A stretch of DNA of 44,600 bases from Octopus bimaculoides. Taxonomy: Eukaryota. The notes beneath the pieces are model-generated. The model saw only the letters and a program-made list of their open reading frames with translations, had not been told where the DNA came from and ran no database searches. The position numbers were made by a program, and so were the translations under genes. How positions within the stretch are numbered: the stretch's first letter is position 1; every line of letters starts with the position of its first letter. The DNA lies in contig NC_068993.1 of the NCBI RefSeq assembly GCF_001194135.2, positions 45,663,897-45,708,496 of the forward strand, in the 5' to 3' direction. Positions 1 to 12,210 of this stretch are shown one piece after another.

Positions 1-178
1 AACTGGAAAAAAGATAAACAAAACAAAATAGATTCCAAAATAATTCAAAAAGTAGAATTCCCGAAAAAAAAAAAATAGATTCCAAAATTTAAAAACGCAA
101 TAAATTCCAAAATTTAAAAACGCAATAAATTCCAGAATTAAAAAAAAAAACCGCAGGAACTTAGTTGCCAACCTAATA
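1..178. mobile_element. Right end of a mariner-type element or MITE (Hsmar1/cecropia-like TIR) with an internal 25-bp minisatellite
   Basis: Reverse complement of 149-178 is TA-TTAGGTTGGCAACTAAGTTCCTGCGGTT, resembling the Hsmar1 TIR TTAGGTTGGTGCAAAAGTAATTGCGGTT with a TA target. Unit TTCCAAAATTTAAAAACGCAATAAA repeats at 80-104 and 105-129, with degenerate copies either side. The partner TIR is outside the window. Confidence 0.55.
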
Positions 179-179
179 T

Positions 180-315
180 TTTGAGGGGAGGAGAAAAAAC
201 GAGTACATTGATTTCAGTAGATGACTGCTACTTTATTTTATCGAAACTGTAAGGATAAGAGGTTAACTCGGAATCGCCAGAATTTGAACTCAGTGCATAA
301 AGAGTCGCAAGAATT
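180..315 (-). mobile_element. Diverged SINE fragment (family A, same family as 25191-25394 and 39338-39505)
   Basis: TTTTGAGGGGAGG...TACTTTATTTTATCGA...AGAATTTGAACTCAG matches the reverse complement of the family A 3' half; heavily diverged. Confidence 0.45.
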
Positions 316-429
316 TGTCACTTTGTAATCAGTCTGTAATAACAGAAGACTATACAAAAAAAAAAAGAAGCAAAAACAAAAGGGGAATCTAATAGTTAGT
401 ATTCATTCAATATTCATCATTATTGATAA

Positions 430-1360
430 ATACTTCAATCAGGTCACTGTGGAAATGGCGCCAGATTATTTAGATTCCTAAGAATTCTTTGACAACGGAT
501 TTACAACAAGGGATTATCACCGTTTCCATTAATTTCTGTTTCGTTTAAAATGTTGGTCAACGGATTGAAGATTATGTTTCAGATGGATCTCTGGTGTCAT
601 CACCAGGAAGACTGTTCTGTATCAGCAAAACGATAGAAACAATCGATCACATGGCTTTATTCTATAGTATTTTAGCGAATGTGTTATTCTTGCTTGGCCT
701 TTAAAAATAATATAGTTTGCCAATTTTAAGACAGTAGGAATTAACTGGAGGGAAATTTCTTTTGCCATTTCTATCAAGTGATCATGTACACACATACTCG
801 TTGTCTTCAAAAAGATATCCAATATACTCAAACCGTTATAAACGTCAATGAATGGGGCCCGAGCAAAAAAAGAGGACGATTACAGAGTAGTTCGATCTGC
901 TTGAAATAGTAGCTAATTTTCCTGAAATTATTATGTCCTGCGTTGGTTGTTAATTCTTTCTGCTTTCATCCGTGGAAGAAAAAATCTCGATATTAAATGC
1001 GATCTCAAGTCTCTCGAAATTGTTAGTTCTGTTTCTAAGTAAATGATTCATATATCGAGTAATCAAGTATCTGTGACCAATAGTATGTGGTTTTCTCTGA
1101 CAGAATCTGCTGAAGTAGACTGGCATTCTCTGTAAGGGAGACATGTTGTTATTCTTCCAACCATTTAACGCAATTGAAGAGAAAATTAACTGGCGCCTTC
1201 ACAACACCTTCGTGATTCATGTTGAGTTTAGAAAGTTGAAGCTGTAAATACCAGTGGCAATGATAAACTGCGTAGTTTTTCCTTTCCAAGATCGGTTTCC
1301 TTCGTTGACCCGTGTTATAATATAAACGCTAAAGACGGCCGTGTCTTAATATTACGACTA
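430..1360 (-). mobile_element. Degenerate hAT (Charlie/Buster/ZBED5-like) transposase relic
   Basis: Minus-strand fragments include KPHTIG (ORF 950-1144), KAPVNF just upstream, and ETVIIPCCKSVVKEFLG near 470-530. These resemble the Buster-type KPHTIxETLIxP..K.....LG region. Many stops and frameshifts; motif spacing is not fully canonical. Confidence 0.4.
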
Positions 1361-1394
1361 CCAAATACTGCCAGCGTAGCCACGAATATCACCA

Positions 1395-1506
1395 GGACCA
1401 GCACCACCACCAACACCACCACCAACACCAACACCAACACCACGACCACCACACGACGACGACGACGACGACGACGACCACCACCACCACCACCACCACC
1501 ACCACC
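1395..1506. repeat. Compound (CAC)n/(GAC)n trinucleotide repeat
   Basis: Direct reading of accaccaccaac...gacgacgacgac...caccaccacc. Confidence 0.9.
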
Positions 1507-1557
1507 TGTTTTATGTATCCGTGACTAATATGTGGCATTCTTATGGCAAAGTCCACC

Positions 1558-1715
1558 GAAGTAGACTAGCATTCTATATGAGGGAGACGTCTTGTTATTC
1601 TTACAACCGTACAATGCAATTGAAAAGAAAATTAAACTAGCATCCCCATAAGACTTAGTGATTCAAGAAACTTATTTAACTCTCGAGTTTATAGAGTTGA
1701 AGTGTATATACCAAT
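1558..1715 (-). repeat. Diverged direct duplicate of 1113-1255 (part of the hAT-like relic)
   Basis: GTAGACTAGCATTCTATATGAGGGAGACGTCTTGTTATTCTTACAACC aligns with GTAGACTGGCATTCTCTGTAAGGGAGACATGTTGTTATTCTTCCAACC, and similarity continues for about 150 bp. Confidence 0.8.
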
Positions 1716-2210
1716 TCCTATTTAATTAGACATTCTTATAAATTAATTACAAACCAATTTGTGCAATTAAATACCGATTTAATCAAATCATTTAACGGCG
1801 GGGCAATAACTAGTAATTAGGCAACCCGTTAATACCAGAGACTTGTCTTATTCTTTGTCAAAAGCCGAGTAAATTCTCATAATACAATTAAAACACTTAT
1901 GTAGGAATCTTTTAATTCGTCAACATGTGTGTAAGTACTGTTAGATTTGTTTTGTTTTCGGCATTAAGTAGTAGGAAAAGAAGTGTTCAGTTTGTTTTTA
2001 AGAACACAGCTCTTTATATATATGATCGCCATATGATCTATCTAATTTCCTGATAATTTTATCGGGTGAGTCAAAGAAGTTTAACTCTCTCTACCCTAAT
2101 ATGTTGAACAGAAAACAGGTACCAAGTGACCTCACCATTGTAAAGAGTAGTACGAGCTGCTCTAGCAGCGCTGATCAACTGAGCAACTTTTCCTTAGCTT
2201 ACGGGTCTGA

Positions 2211-2275
2211 GTTCCGTTTCCTTTGTTGACCTGTATTATGATATAAACGATAACGACGCGACTGTGTCTTAATTC
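2211..2275. repeat. Diverged direct duplicate of 1290-1352
   Basis: CCGTTTCCTTTGTTGACCTGTATTATGATATAAACGATAACGACG..GTGTCTTAAT versus CGGTTTCCTTCGTTGACCCGTGTTATAATATAAACGCTAAAGACG..GTGTCTTAAT. Confidence 0.75.
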
Positions 2276-2857
2276 TCCCGCTAGCAATTTGAATGGGATT
2301 GTTATTCAGCAATTGGTTTCTGAACTCCTAAGTACTACAAACTCTTTCCTGTAGAGGCATATTAGGTGGTCAACAAGGACAATTAATGTGGAATTTGTAT
2401 GTGATAACGGAGCGAAGAGGCAGAAAACCTCCGGTCGTTTCAGTCGTTACGGTTGAATATTAGCAGGCGGAATCTATGACATCCGGGCGAGTGTAACTTG
2501 TGTATGTGTAGTAGACTTCATCTGTTCTCCTAAATGGCGCAATAATGTGACGATGAAGTTCTTTTAATGGAATCCATTCGGTGTCAAGTGACCCGGCTCG
2601 ATCTCCAGATCGATGATAACATCGTTCTTTCCCCACGGGAGTTTAGTAAAACTTGTTTTCAAATAAAGACTTTGATTACAACACCTTATTAAAAATCTCA
2701 CGTAACCAGAACTGCTGAATTATTAATAAAAAAGTATTTTGGGCTAGCTTTGATAGAACACATTATTAATGACTAGAATAGTGCTGTCAACCGTTACACA
2801 CTAAGGATAATTCTATAAAGACAATTCACCGGTTTAATTCATCATCATACTCGTTAG

Positions 2858-2866
<9 letters not shown>

Positions 2867-2955
<89 letters not shown>

Positions 2956-3004
2956 AAACACACTCTCTCTCAAACACACTCTCTCTCAACCACACTCTCT
3001 CTCT
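2867..3004. repeat. (ATCT)n grading into (CT)n and CAAACACACTCTCTCT units
   Basis: Direct reading. Confidence 0.95.
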
Positions 3005-3491
3005 ATTAATTATATTCTATTGATCGATCGAAAACTTTCGAAAAGCAATTATATTTCGACAATATACTCTGATAGGTTATAAAGGATACTTGCAATTTAG
3101 ATCAATGATAATTTTAAAACGAGTACTGTCAAATTAATCGGTGGAGAGAAAATTGTAAAACAAATTTAAAAGGTTATCAACGTTCAAAGTGGACTGTACT
3201 TTTCATTTCATATCAATAAACAATTAACGAAATGAAACTAATTATTTCAGACGTCAATATTCTTATGTAGATAAGGCTTCTTTGGTGTAAACAATATTTA
3301 AATGAGACAATCTTTCGCAGATTTCACCGACCATTTCATAGGATATTTGTATAGCACTTTTGTCGAGAGGTCTTAGGAATCAGCATCCCCACTCTCTCTC
3401 TTCCTCTCCCTCTTTCACCCTCCCCCTGTCTCTCCCTTTCCTTCTTTCTCCCTCTCCCTATCTTTCTCTCACACACACATATGAACACGTA

Positions 3492-3559
<68 letters not shown>

Positions 3560-3584
3560 CATATATATATATACATATATATAC

Positions 3585-3615
<31 letters not shown>

Positions 3616-4421
3616 NNNNNNNNNNNNNNNNNNNNNNNNNNNNNNNNNNNNNNNNNNNNNNNNNNNNNNNNNNNNNNNNNNNNNNNNNNNNNNNNNNNNN
3701 NNNNNNNNNNNNNNNNNNNNNNNNNNNNNNNNNNNNNNNNNNNNNNNNNNNNNNNNNNNNNNNNNNNNNNNNNNNNNNNNNNNNNNNNNNNNNNNNNNNN
3801 NNNNNNNNNNNNNNNNNNNNNNNNNNNNNNNNNNNNNNNNNNNNNNNNNNNNNNNNNNNNNNNNNNNNNNNNNNNNNNNNNNNNNNNNNNNNNNNNNNNN
3901 NNNNNNNNNNNNNNNNNNNNNNNNNNNNNNNNNNNNNNNNNNNNNNNNNNNNNNNNNNNNNNNNNNNNNNNNNNNNNNNNNNNNNNNNNNNNNNNNNNNN
4001 NNNNNNNNNNNNNNNNNNNNNNNNNNNNNNNNNNNNNNNNNNNNNNNNNNNNNNNNNNNNNNNNNNNNNNNNNNNNNNNNNNNNNNNNNNNNNNNNNNNN
4101 NNNNNNNNNNNNNNNNNNNNNNNNNNNNNNNNNNNNNNNNNNNNNNNNNNNNNNNNNNNNNNNNNNNNNNNNNNNNNNNNNNNNNNNNNNNNNNNNNNNN
4201 NNNNNNNNNNNNNNNNNNNNNNNNNNNNNNNNNNNNNNNNNNNNNNNNNNNNNNNNNNNNNNNNNNNNNNNNNNNNNNNNNNNNNNNNNNNNNNNNNNNN
4301 NNNNNNNNNNNNNNNNNNNNNNNNNNNNNNNNNNNNNNNNNNNNNNNNNNNNNNNNNNNNNNNNNNNNNNNNNNNNNNNNNNNNNNNNNNNNNNNNNNNN
4401 NNNNNNNNNNNNNNNNNNNNN

Positions 4422-4584
4422 TTAGAAACAGAACTAACAATTTCAAGAGACTTGAGATCGTATTTAATATCGAGATTTATTCTTCTACGGATGAAAACAG
4501 AAAGAATTAACAACCAACACAGGACATGATAATTTCAGGAAATTTAGCTACTATTTCAACCAGATCGAACCACTCTGTAATGGT
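4422..4584 (+). repeat. Inverted copy of 876-1038
   Basis: Reverse complement of 876-1038 matches 4422-4584 with about 12 differences over about 163 bp (manual count). The left edge runs into the N-gap at 3616-4421. Confidence 0.9.
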
Positions 4585-6432
4585 GTTAGAGAGAGGGGAA
4601 GAGAGAGAGTGAGAGAGACGATATGTATGAATATAAGGAATATATGTTCAATCATACACGCATACACACACATGCACGCAAACACACACACACATTCACA
4701 CGTACATATATCCGTTACCATAGGTTATGTCAATTCACTTCTAATTGCTTATTATTTTACGGGCAGATAGAAACCTCACACAAGGGTAGTGATGCTGAGA
4801 TCTTCAGTAATGTTGGGTGATACAAGAGTAATTCGACGATTTGGCACTTACTTTGGGTCAGCTTCGTCTGGTTTACCAGTTGATGAACTTCAAGTAAGGT
4901 GACGAACTGTGTCTCAATTGACAGAATGTGGAAAGTATTGATATAAAACTGGTGAGTCCGATGTTTACTGTATCAGCCAAACGTATAGAGGTGGTACTTC
5001 ACCAGGAAGAAACTTCGTTTGGAAATATCTCCCCGTGAGAAATAAAATGAAACGAAATATAGTCTGAGCTAACATCGACAGAAGAATTTCTTTTAACTTC
5101 TGTATGGAGTTGTTTGTAGTTCAGTCTTTTGATCGTTTAGTAAATAGAATTGTTTTTGTAAACACAAATCCGACATGCTATACGGCGTATGTGTGTCTGT
5201 GCACGCGAGTGCGGAATGTATATATATATGTATTTTTATATATATATATGTGTTATGTGTGTGTTCTCTACTGTTTTTAACTATCCACATTGTTCCTCTG
5301 GGGAACGAATCTTTACCTCGTCCGCCAGCTATTTGCGACACTAGTGATATGTTAATCATTGATTCTGGTTATCAGCATAAGCAGAATCCAATTATAGCTA
5401 AGATTAGAGTTTTCAGAAATTGCAGTGATGTGTTATGAGAGATCACAGTAGACGACTATTATTGAGATATACTGATCGGGTTGATCACTGTACTGCATGT
5501 GTTTTAACATCACAAGACAGGACTGTGTCGACGTATAAATCAAACAATAAATGGCTTCATCTCAGATTTGATGCAATTCGAATCTAAGTCCTTATTCGGT
5601 AGTAACATAATCACGGAAATGTAAAGTAAATTTGTTGTGGTTCAGCTGCAAATGAAAAACTTGTTATAAGAAGCAATACAGTTTGTTTCGAGGCTTCTGA
5701 AACCATTTAATTCAGTCTTTACTTTTGTGATTTTCAGGGAATTATTTATAGAAGAAACCATTGCAATTTTTTTAATGTCATATTGGTAGGCTCTATGCTT
5801 CTATTTTCAGTACATGGCACTGTATGAATTTTATCGAGACAACATCAATAATTGGGATTTATTAGAAGGTATTGTAGAATGGTAAATTACTGGCATGACG
5901 AGAATTAATTGGAAATCACAATTGAACTAAAAAAAAAGCAATTGTCACGTGGAAATATCTTTCATAACAGAAGTTAATGTTCCTGCTCTACTACCATCAC
6001 CACCTTAGCGGCCCCGCAGCCGCCGCCACCACGGCCGCCACCACCGCCACCCCACCCCCCACCAACACCACCACCTCCAACCTCCACCAGATAAATACGC
6101 TACGTTGTTTTCTAAACACAGGCTTTCCTTGCTGAGTTGATCTTTCATTAAAGATATATTACGCTCCTCACCATGCAGACCATAGGGCAGATTCTAATAT
6201 GTCTATTGCATATGTAAATGAGTAGGGAATCATTTGAATGAATATTGCTGGCTATTTCTAGCAGATCTACAGACCACCTTATTCACCCTCGAAATCCATT
6301 AATTGTACCTAGGTAACAAAACATATATTAATATAACTGAACTCCTGAACCTGTATCTAGTTAAAGTATCAATATATGAACAGAAGTTATCTATTGATGG
6401 ATTAGTAATCCTAAATATGGAAGCAAGAAGAA

Positions 6433-6569
<137 letters not shown>

Positions 6570-6741
6570 TGAGTGAGTAAAGCAGAACAAAGATAATGAA
6601 AAAGATATCTAATATTCATATTCAGTTATATATACCCCTGTGTGTTAATGTTTATGTAGACAATATAATACAAACCCAGATATACATTATGAATACGTAT
6701 ACATGTGTGTATATAATTATGTGTATATGAATGTGTGTGTC

Positions 6742-6788
<47 letters not shown>

Positions 6789-7359
6789 NNNNNNNNNNNN
6801 NNNNNNNNNNNNNNNNNNNNNNNNNNNNNNNNNNNNNNNNNNNNNNNNNNNNNNNNNNNNNNNNNNNNNNNNNNNNNNNNNNNNNNNNNNNNNNNNNNNN
6901 NNNNNNNNNNNNNNNNNNNNNNNNNNNNNNNNNNNNNNNNNNNNNNNNNNNNNNNNNNNNNNNNNNNNNNNNNNNNNNNNNNNNNNNNNNNNNNNNNNNN
7001 NNNNNNNNNNNNNNNNNNNNNNNNNNNNNNNNNNNNNNNNNNNNNNNNNNNNNNNNNNNNNNNNNNNNNNNNNNNNNNNNNNNNNNNNNNNNNNNNNNNN
7101 NNNNNNNNNNNNNNNNNNNNNNNNNNNNNNNNNNNNNNNNNNNNNNNTTTTTTTTTTCATTTCATTTCTTCCTTGATTTTAATTAGTTTATTATAAATAA
7201 TTCCTAGGATGAAATGAAATGTTCATCACTGTTGTCATCATTATCGTAATCAATATCACCACATCACCGCCACTATCATCACCTTAACCATCAGCAACAG
7301 CATCATCACCACCAACAGCGAAATCAGCACTAAGAAGCTGTTAATATCATTAAAATGTA

Positions 7360-7364
<5 letters not shown>

Positions 7365-7397
<33 letters not shown>

Positions 7398-7398
7398 C

Positions 7399-7434
<36 letters not shown>

Positions 7435-7531
7435 ACTACTACTACTACTACTACTACTACTTGCTATCCTTGTTAAGATATATATTTGATAATAAATAAA
7501 TTTTTTGGTTGCTTCTACAATTTTATTTTCA

Positions 7532-7624
<93 letters not shown>
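7365..7624. repeat. (CTA)n(CTG)n(CTA)n compound repeat followed by (ATT)n
   Basis: Direct reading: 7365-7461 and 7533-7624. Confidence 0.95.
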
Positions 7625-7626
<2 letters not shown>

Positions 7627-7996
7627 CAACAGAACTATCTAATCTGAGTGCATGTTATTGTGCATCGACTATAAACACAACGCATCTACCCACGCACTCT
7701 TTACAGACATACATCCGCCACCTACCAATAAACCGCAGGAGAGCCACCAAAGAAGACACAAACACGCACATATAAACAGACACTCCGTCACTACTCACGC
7801 ACATGCAAACAGTATATATATATATATATATACACACACATTCTTACATGCCTGTTTTCCAACACATACACGCATGGAAATCCTAAACTTCAAACTATCA
7901 ACCACTCGCTGAAAAAAAATATTATTCGGATGTAAAACATGAAAAAGTGAACAAATGAAGCATACACACACACACATACACCCACACGCAGGCACA

Positions 7997-7997
7997 T

Positions 7998-8094
<97 letters not shown>
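7997..8094. repeat. (CA)n microsatellite
   Basis: Direct reading. Confidence 0.98.
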
Positions 8095-8096
<2 letters not shown>

Positions 8097-8686
8097 CTCA
8101 CACACATGTATACATATATATAAGTAAAACAAAGTCAGAAATGAATGGAAGAAAATCGTTTTCCTCACGTAGTTAAACTTTCATATCGAACTGCTGAATT
8201 TTATGGATGTCATACATTAATGCAGGTTGGGTAATTGGGGCTGAGTTCATGCACGAATATATGCGTATGTTTGTGTATGAGTGCTTATGTGTACTGGTGT
8301 TTATAGCATGTGTGTGCGCGTGTGTTGTGAGGTAATAGGAGGGTTACAAAATATGCAGGCTGGAAAAAATATCTCTAAGCCTATACGCATACGTTTTCTA
8401 CAGTGCATTGGTGTTATTCCAGAGAATAACTAACATAGTCTGAACTGTATATCTGAATGGGCTAACATTAGCGTGTCTATACGGAAGAAATGTTATTTGT
8501 CCCGTCCCCTACATAGGAGTAAGTTTTATGTCCATATGCATTTGTACATATGATAATGATGACAACATTGATGAAAATTTCATTTCATCCGAGGAATGAT
8601 ATATAATAAAAAATTGAAAGCAAGAAAGAAATGGAACAAAAAAAAAAAAAAGAAACAGGTTGAAAGATAGAGAGGAAAACCATATA

Positions 8687-9570
8687 CGAAGGTCGGCTGA
8701 AAAGTTTATAGGCTGACTAAGACATTCTCATGGAATATGAAAATGAAGTTTATTTTCCTTAAGGTCCGCACACTTCTTCCATCAGTGTTGCAGTGCTTGG
8801 ACCTCATTGATGAAAAAGTTTCATCCCTTTGGTCAAAGCGTTATCACCAGCAAATATGACATCCTCATCATTGCGATACTAGTTGCCAGCCAAGTGTTAT
8901 TCATGTTGAGGCACAGGTTATAGCCAGTTGGGCTAAATCGGTAGGATAGCAGCCATTGAAATCAAGAACTAGTGCGCTGGGGCATCGTCCTGATAAAACG
9001 AGATACCTTTCTTCAGGTTTTCTGGGCCTTTGATCTTTCGTACCTGTCTCATTTAGTTTGCATAGCACTCTCCGTTGGTGGTGTTGCCATTTTGAACATT
9101 GTCAATAAAAACAGTGCCTTTTGGATTCCAAAATCTAAAGTCGTCCTCTTCCCTGCTGATGAAACAACCATGGTGTTCTGTAGGGCAGATAAGGAAGGGT
9201 GTTTACGCCGCATGAATTGTCAAAGTGATGAGACCAAAACTCATCCTGCCTTAGGGAACTTTCAAGGAAACCAACTGGATTTACTTGAAACAATTTCTGA
9301 TTTTCCTGTGATGTGGTCAGCCTTGTGTGCTTTTAATCAGGTGTCAGAAAGCACCCATCAGGCAGAAACGTTCATCATGTCAAGTTCATTGCATACAATA
9401 CTCTAAACCATCGCGCGGGACGTGCTAATAGTATAGGCTATTGATTTAGCGCCAAGGACCTGTCATCCATCAGCACGTGAACACGATCGACGTTTTCCTC
9501 AGTGCTGGCTGTTGCAAGACGTCAGACCTCGGTTCATCTTCAAGTCTCTCTTTCCCCTCCTAAATTATTA
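8687..9570 (-). mobile_element. 5'-truncated, degenerate mariner (D,D34D) transposon with the right TIR retained
   Basis: Minus-strand fragments in mariner order: FRRG..LEDEPRS, STEENVDRVH, a WV(P)-like motif, HTRLTTSQEN, FIDNVQNGNTTNGECYAN, GISFYQDDAPAH (HDNARPH equivalent), a PDLAP-like segment and YRNDEDVI. Terminus TA-CGAAGGTCGGCTGAAAAGTTTATAGGCTGAC at 8685-8717. Multiple stops and frameshifts. Confidence 0.9.
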
Positions 9571-10234
9571 TGAAAATTTAACATCAAAAAGGCATTTCCC
9601 AATTTACGGTCTCAATTGGCAGTGTGACGAGAGAATCAAGATGCATTCTATACTATTTGTGTGAAAAATCCTATATATTAAATTTTATTTTATTTATCAT
9701 TCACATGACACACTTTCTTCCGATGGTGTTTACATTTTACGACTAAATACAAGAAAATAACTACCTACATATTTTGAAAAAGTGATCGAAAATATCAAGC
9801 ATAACTAAAGTGAATACAGAATGAATGTACGTTTGCAAAAATTTAGAACCCTACGGCTTAAAGCCAATCACCTTTGAATAAAATAACAAATGAGTATGAA
9901 ACAATACTGTTACTAAAGAGTTCTGGAATTAGAATGGCACAAACTCAACGTTGCTTGTTCGCGTGTCACATTTTGTCACCGTTTAGTCTCGAACATCAGG
10001 CATAAGCAAAAGCGGGGAAGCTATGACTTTTACCAGACGCGCTAATGTTGATTAACGTAAATTTGAGCGTCGGCCAAATCCAACCTTATTAATTATTTCT
10101 CTTGATAATTATTTGGTAATAATGATATTAACAATAATATTAATATAATTGTCATCACGTATAAAAGTCAATAGGTCAACTAATCTACATACAGATATTC
10201 AAAGTAAAACAATCATGTACTCACACGCATCTAC

Positions 10235-10279
<45 letters not shown>

Positions 10280-10582
10280 CTNNNNNNNNNNNNNNNNNNN
10301 NNNNNNNNNNNNNNNNNNNNNNNNNNNNNNNNNNNNNNNNNNNNNNNNNNNNNNNNNNNNNNNNNNNNNNNNNNNNNNNNNNNNNNNNNNNNNNNNNNNN
10401 NNNNNNNNNNNNNNNNNNNNNNNNNNNNNNNNNNNNNNNNNNNNNNNNNNNNNNNNNNNNNNNNNNNNNNNNNNNNNNNNNNNNNNNNNNNNNNNNNNNN
10501 NNNNNNNNNNNNNNNNNNNNNNNNNNNNNNNNNNNNNNNNNNNNNNNNNNNNNNNNNNNNNNNNNNNNNNNNNNNNNNNNNN

Positions 10583-10636
<54 letters not shown>

Positions 10637-11011
10637 TAGATAGACAAATACATGCATATGAATATATATATATGTATGTGTATGTGCGTATGTTTGTAGA
10701 CAGAAACGCACGCATATATGTCTGCGACTGTGTATTTGCGTGTGGTCTGTGTGTCTGTGTGTGCGGCCCATTCTCTTTCCTTCGACATTAGTTCACCATT
10801 GACAACCAGATACACGGATTCCAAAATAATTAATCTACCCCTACCAAATTTAGTATTATTTCAATCGCAGCCACCCGCATCACCCTGTCGGTTGAACTTG
10901 ATGCGCCCAGACAAATTTGTAGAATCACTGTGATGATGCACCATTTTCGTCCAACATCTATTTTCTTATTTGCGAAAGGTTCTTTTCTAACAAACATATA
11001 TGTGTGTGTGT

Positions 11012-11255
11012 GGAGGCGTAAGGCTTAGTATTTAGGGTCGTAAGATCGTGGTTTCGATTCCTGGACCGGGCGACGCGCTGTGTTCTTGCGAAAAACATTT
11101 CATTTCACGTTGCTCCAGTCGACTCAGTAAAGAGGTAGACTAGCAAAGATGAGTAATGTTGCGACGGACCAGCGTCCCGTGCAGGTGGTGAATTTATACG
11201 CCATGAAACTGGGAAACCGGCTCTTAGCTGTCAGCATGACTGAGAAGGTAACTTT
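11012..11255 (+). mobile_element. tRNA-derived SINE (family B)
   Basis: tRNA-like head with B box GGTTTCGATTCC; core TGTGTTCTTGCGAAAAACATTTCATTTCACGTTGCTCCAGTCGACTCAG; then GCGACGGACCAGCGTCCCGT and ATACGCCATGAAACTGGGAAAC. Matched by the inverse copy at 43700-43910. Confidence 0.85.
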
Positions 11256-11439
11256 TTGTGTATGTGTGTATGTGTGTATGTGTGTGTGTGTGTGTGCACG
11301 CGTGTGTGTGAGTGCGTGTGTGTGCGTCTGTGTCTATATATACACAAACATGGCAGAAGTAAATAGACACCCTAATGATCGTTAAGATCTATTTAAATCT
11401 GAAATTATACACTCAAATTTTTTATTAATTGTTATAATG

Positions 11440-11960
11440 TGAATATTTAATATCTAGTAGACATGCCCCTTGCATTTTTTAATTCAAGGACTCAATAAGG
11501 CATCGTAATGAATATTCTCTTGGAGAATTTCTTGCCAAGTTTCATGCAGCGATATTAAAAGATCTAGATTTGAAGATGCTTTCTTGTGGTTTTTATGAGG
11601 TGTCCTGTACATTATACCTCAGAGGTGCTCAATAGGTTTTCATATCTGGTGACTGGCTTCGCCATGGAAGCTTTGTCATGTCATTCTCATCCAACAAATC
11701 TTGGGTCATTTTACCCGTGTGTCAAGGAGCCTCATCTTCCATAAATGAAGAGTCGTATTTATTCATTTCATCACTGGAGAAGATTGGAAGGGATATTTAT
11801 CTGAGTTTATGTTTCTCTCATAATCCATCAGCTCTGATTGTCCATTGCTTTATAATTATAAAATGGCTGTTCTATACAGAACTGTGTTACTACATTTTAA
11901 CCCCAGGAAAACGTATTTTCCAGCTGGTTACTCATCATATATAAACAGATATGCGGCAGA
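11440..11960 (-). mobile_element. Degenerate Tc1 (DD34E) transposase C-terminal relic
   Basis: Minus strand reads NINSDKY...FMEDEAP*HTGKMTQDLLDENDMTKLPWRSQSPDM, then after a frameshift PIEHL. This gives 34 residues between D and E once the frameshift is corrected. Ends in a degenerate KG-H--Y* motif. Confidence 0.8.
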
Positions 11961-12104
11961 AAGCTGCTGATCTCGTAACGAGCAAAGTAGCTACTTCAAA
12001 AATCCCTAAACAAGATATAAGTAGTAAAAATACTAGACGGTATTGTTTTGCCACTATAACGTTGCTGTTCTATACAGAACTGTGTTACTACATTGTATAA
12101 ATAT

Positions 12105-12210
12105 ATATACTTAATACAGATCAGCTGTCAGGTATCTCTACAAACTTGGTTACTATGGCAGAGCAGGAAGAAGGAAGCCACGATTTTGGCCAACCAATAC
12201 AGGCTTTAAT
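12105..12210 (+). mobile_element. Tc1 transposase DNA-binding-domain fragment
   Basis: Translates VRYLYKLGYYGRAGRRKPRFWPTN, matching the Tc1 R.L...G..GR.A..KP motif. Confidence 0.65.

Noticed and set aside
26-150. 25-bp tandem units superficially resembling a CRISPR array
   Set aside because: Head-to-tail with no unique spacers, eukaryotic context, no cas genes.
4790-5090. Relatively GC-balanced segment with GTAAG donor-like sites on both strands
   Set aside because: No consistent acceptor-frame-donor combination and no recognisable protein.
5739-5881. Two exon-like segments (ELFIEETIAIFLMSYW; YMALYEFYRDNINNWDLLEGIVE) with AG/GT boundaries
   Set aside because: The intervening 'intron' is only 25 nt, phases are incompatible, there are in-frame stops on read-through, and I recognise no homology. 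A faint piggyBac-like resemblance was too weak to call.
8972-9406. 144-aa plus-strand ORF
   Set aside because: Antisense shadow of the minus-strand mariner transposase relic.
11012-11075. tRNA-like sequences with A/B boxes (also at 16290, 39000 and 43860)
   Set aside because: No complete cloverleaf, and they continue into SINE cores; these are SINE heads, not tRNA genes.
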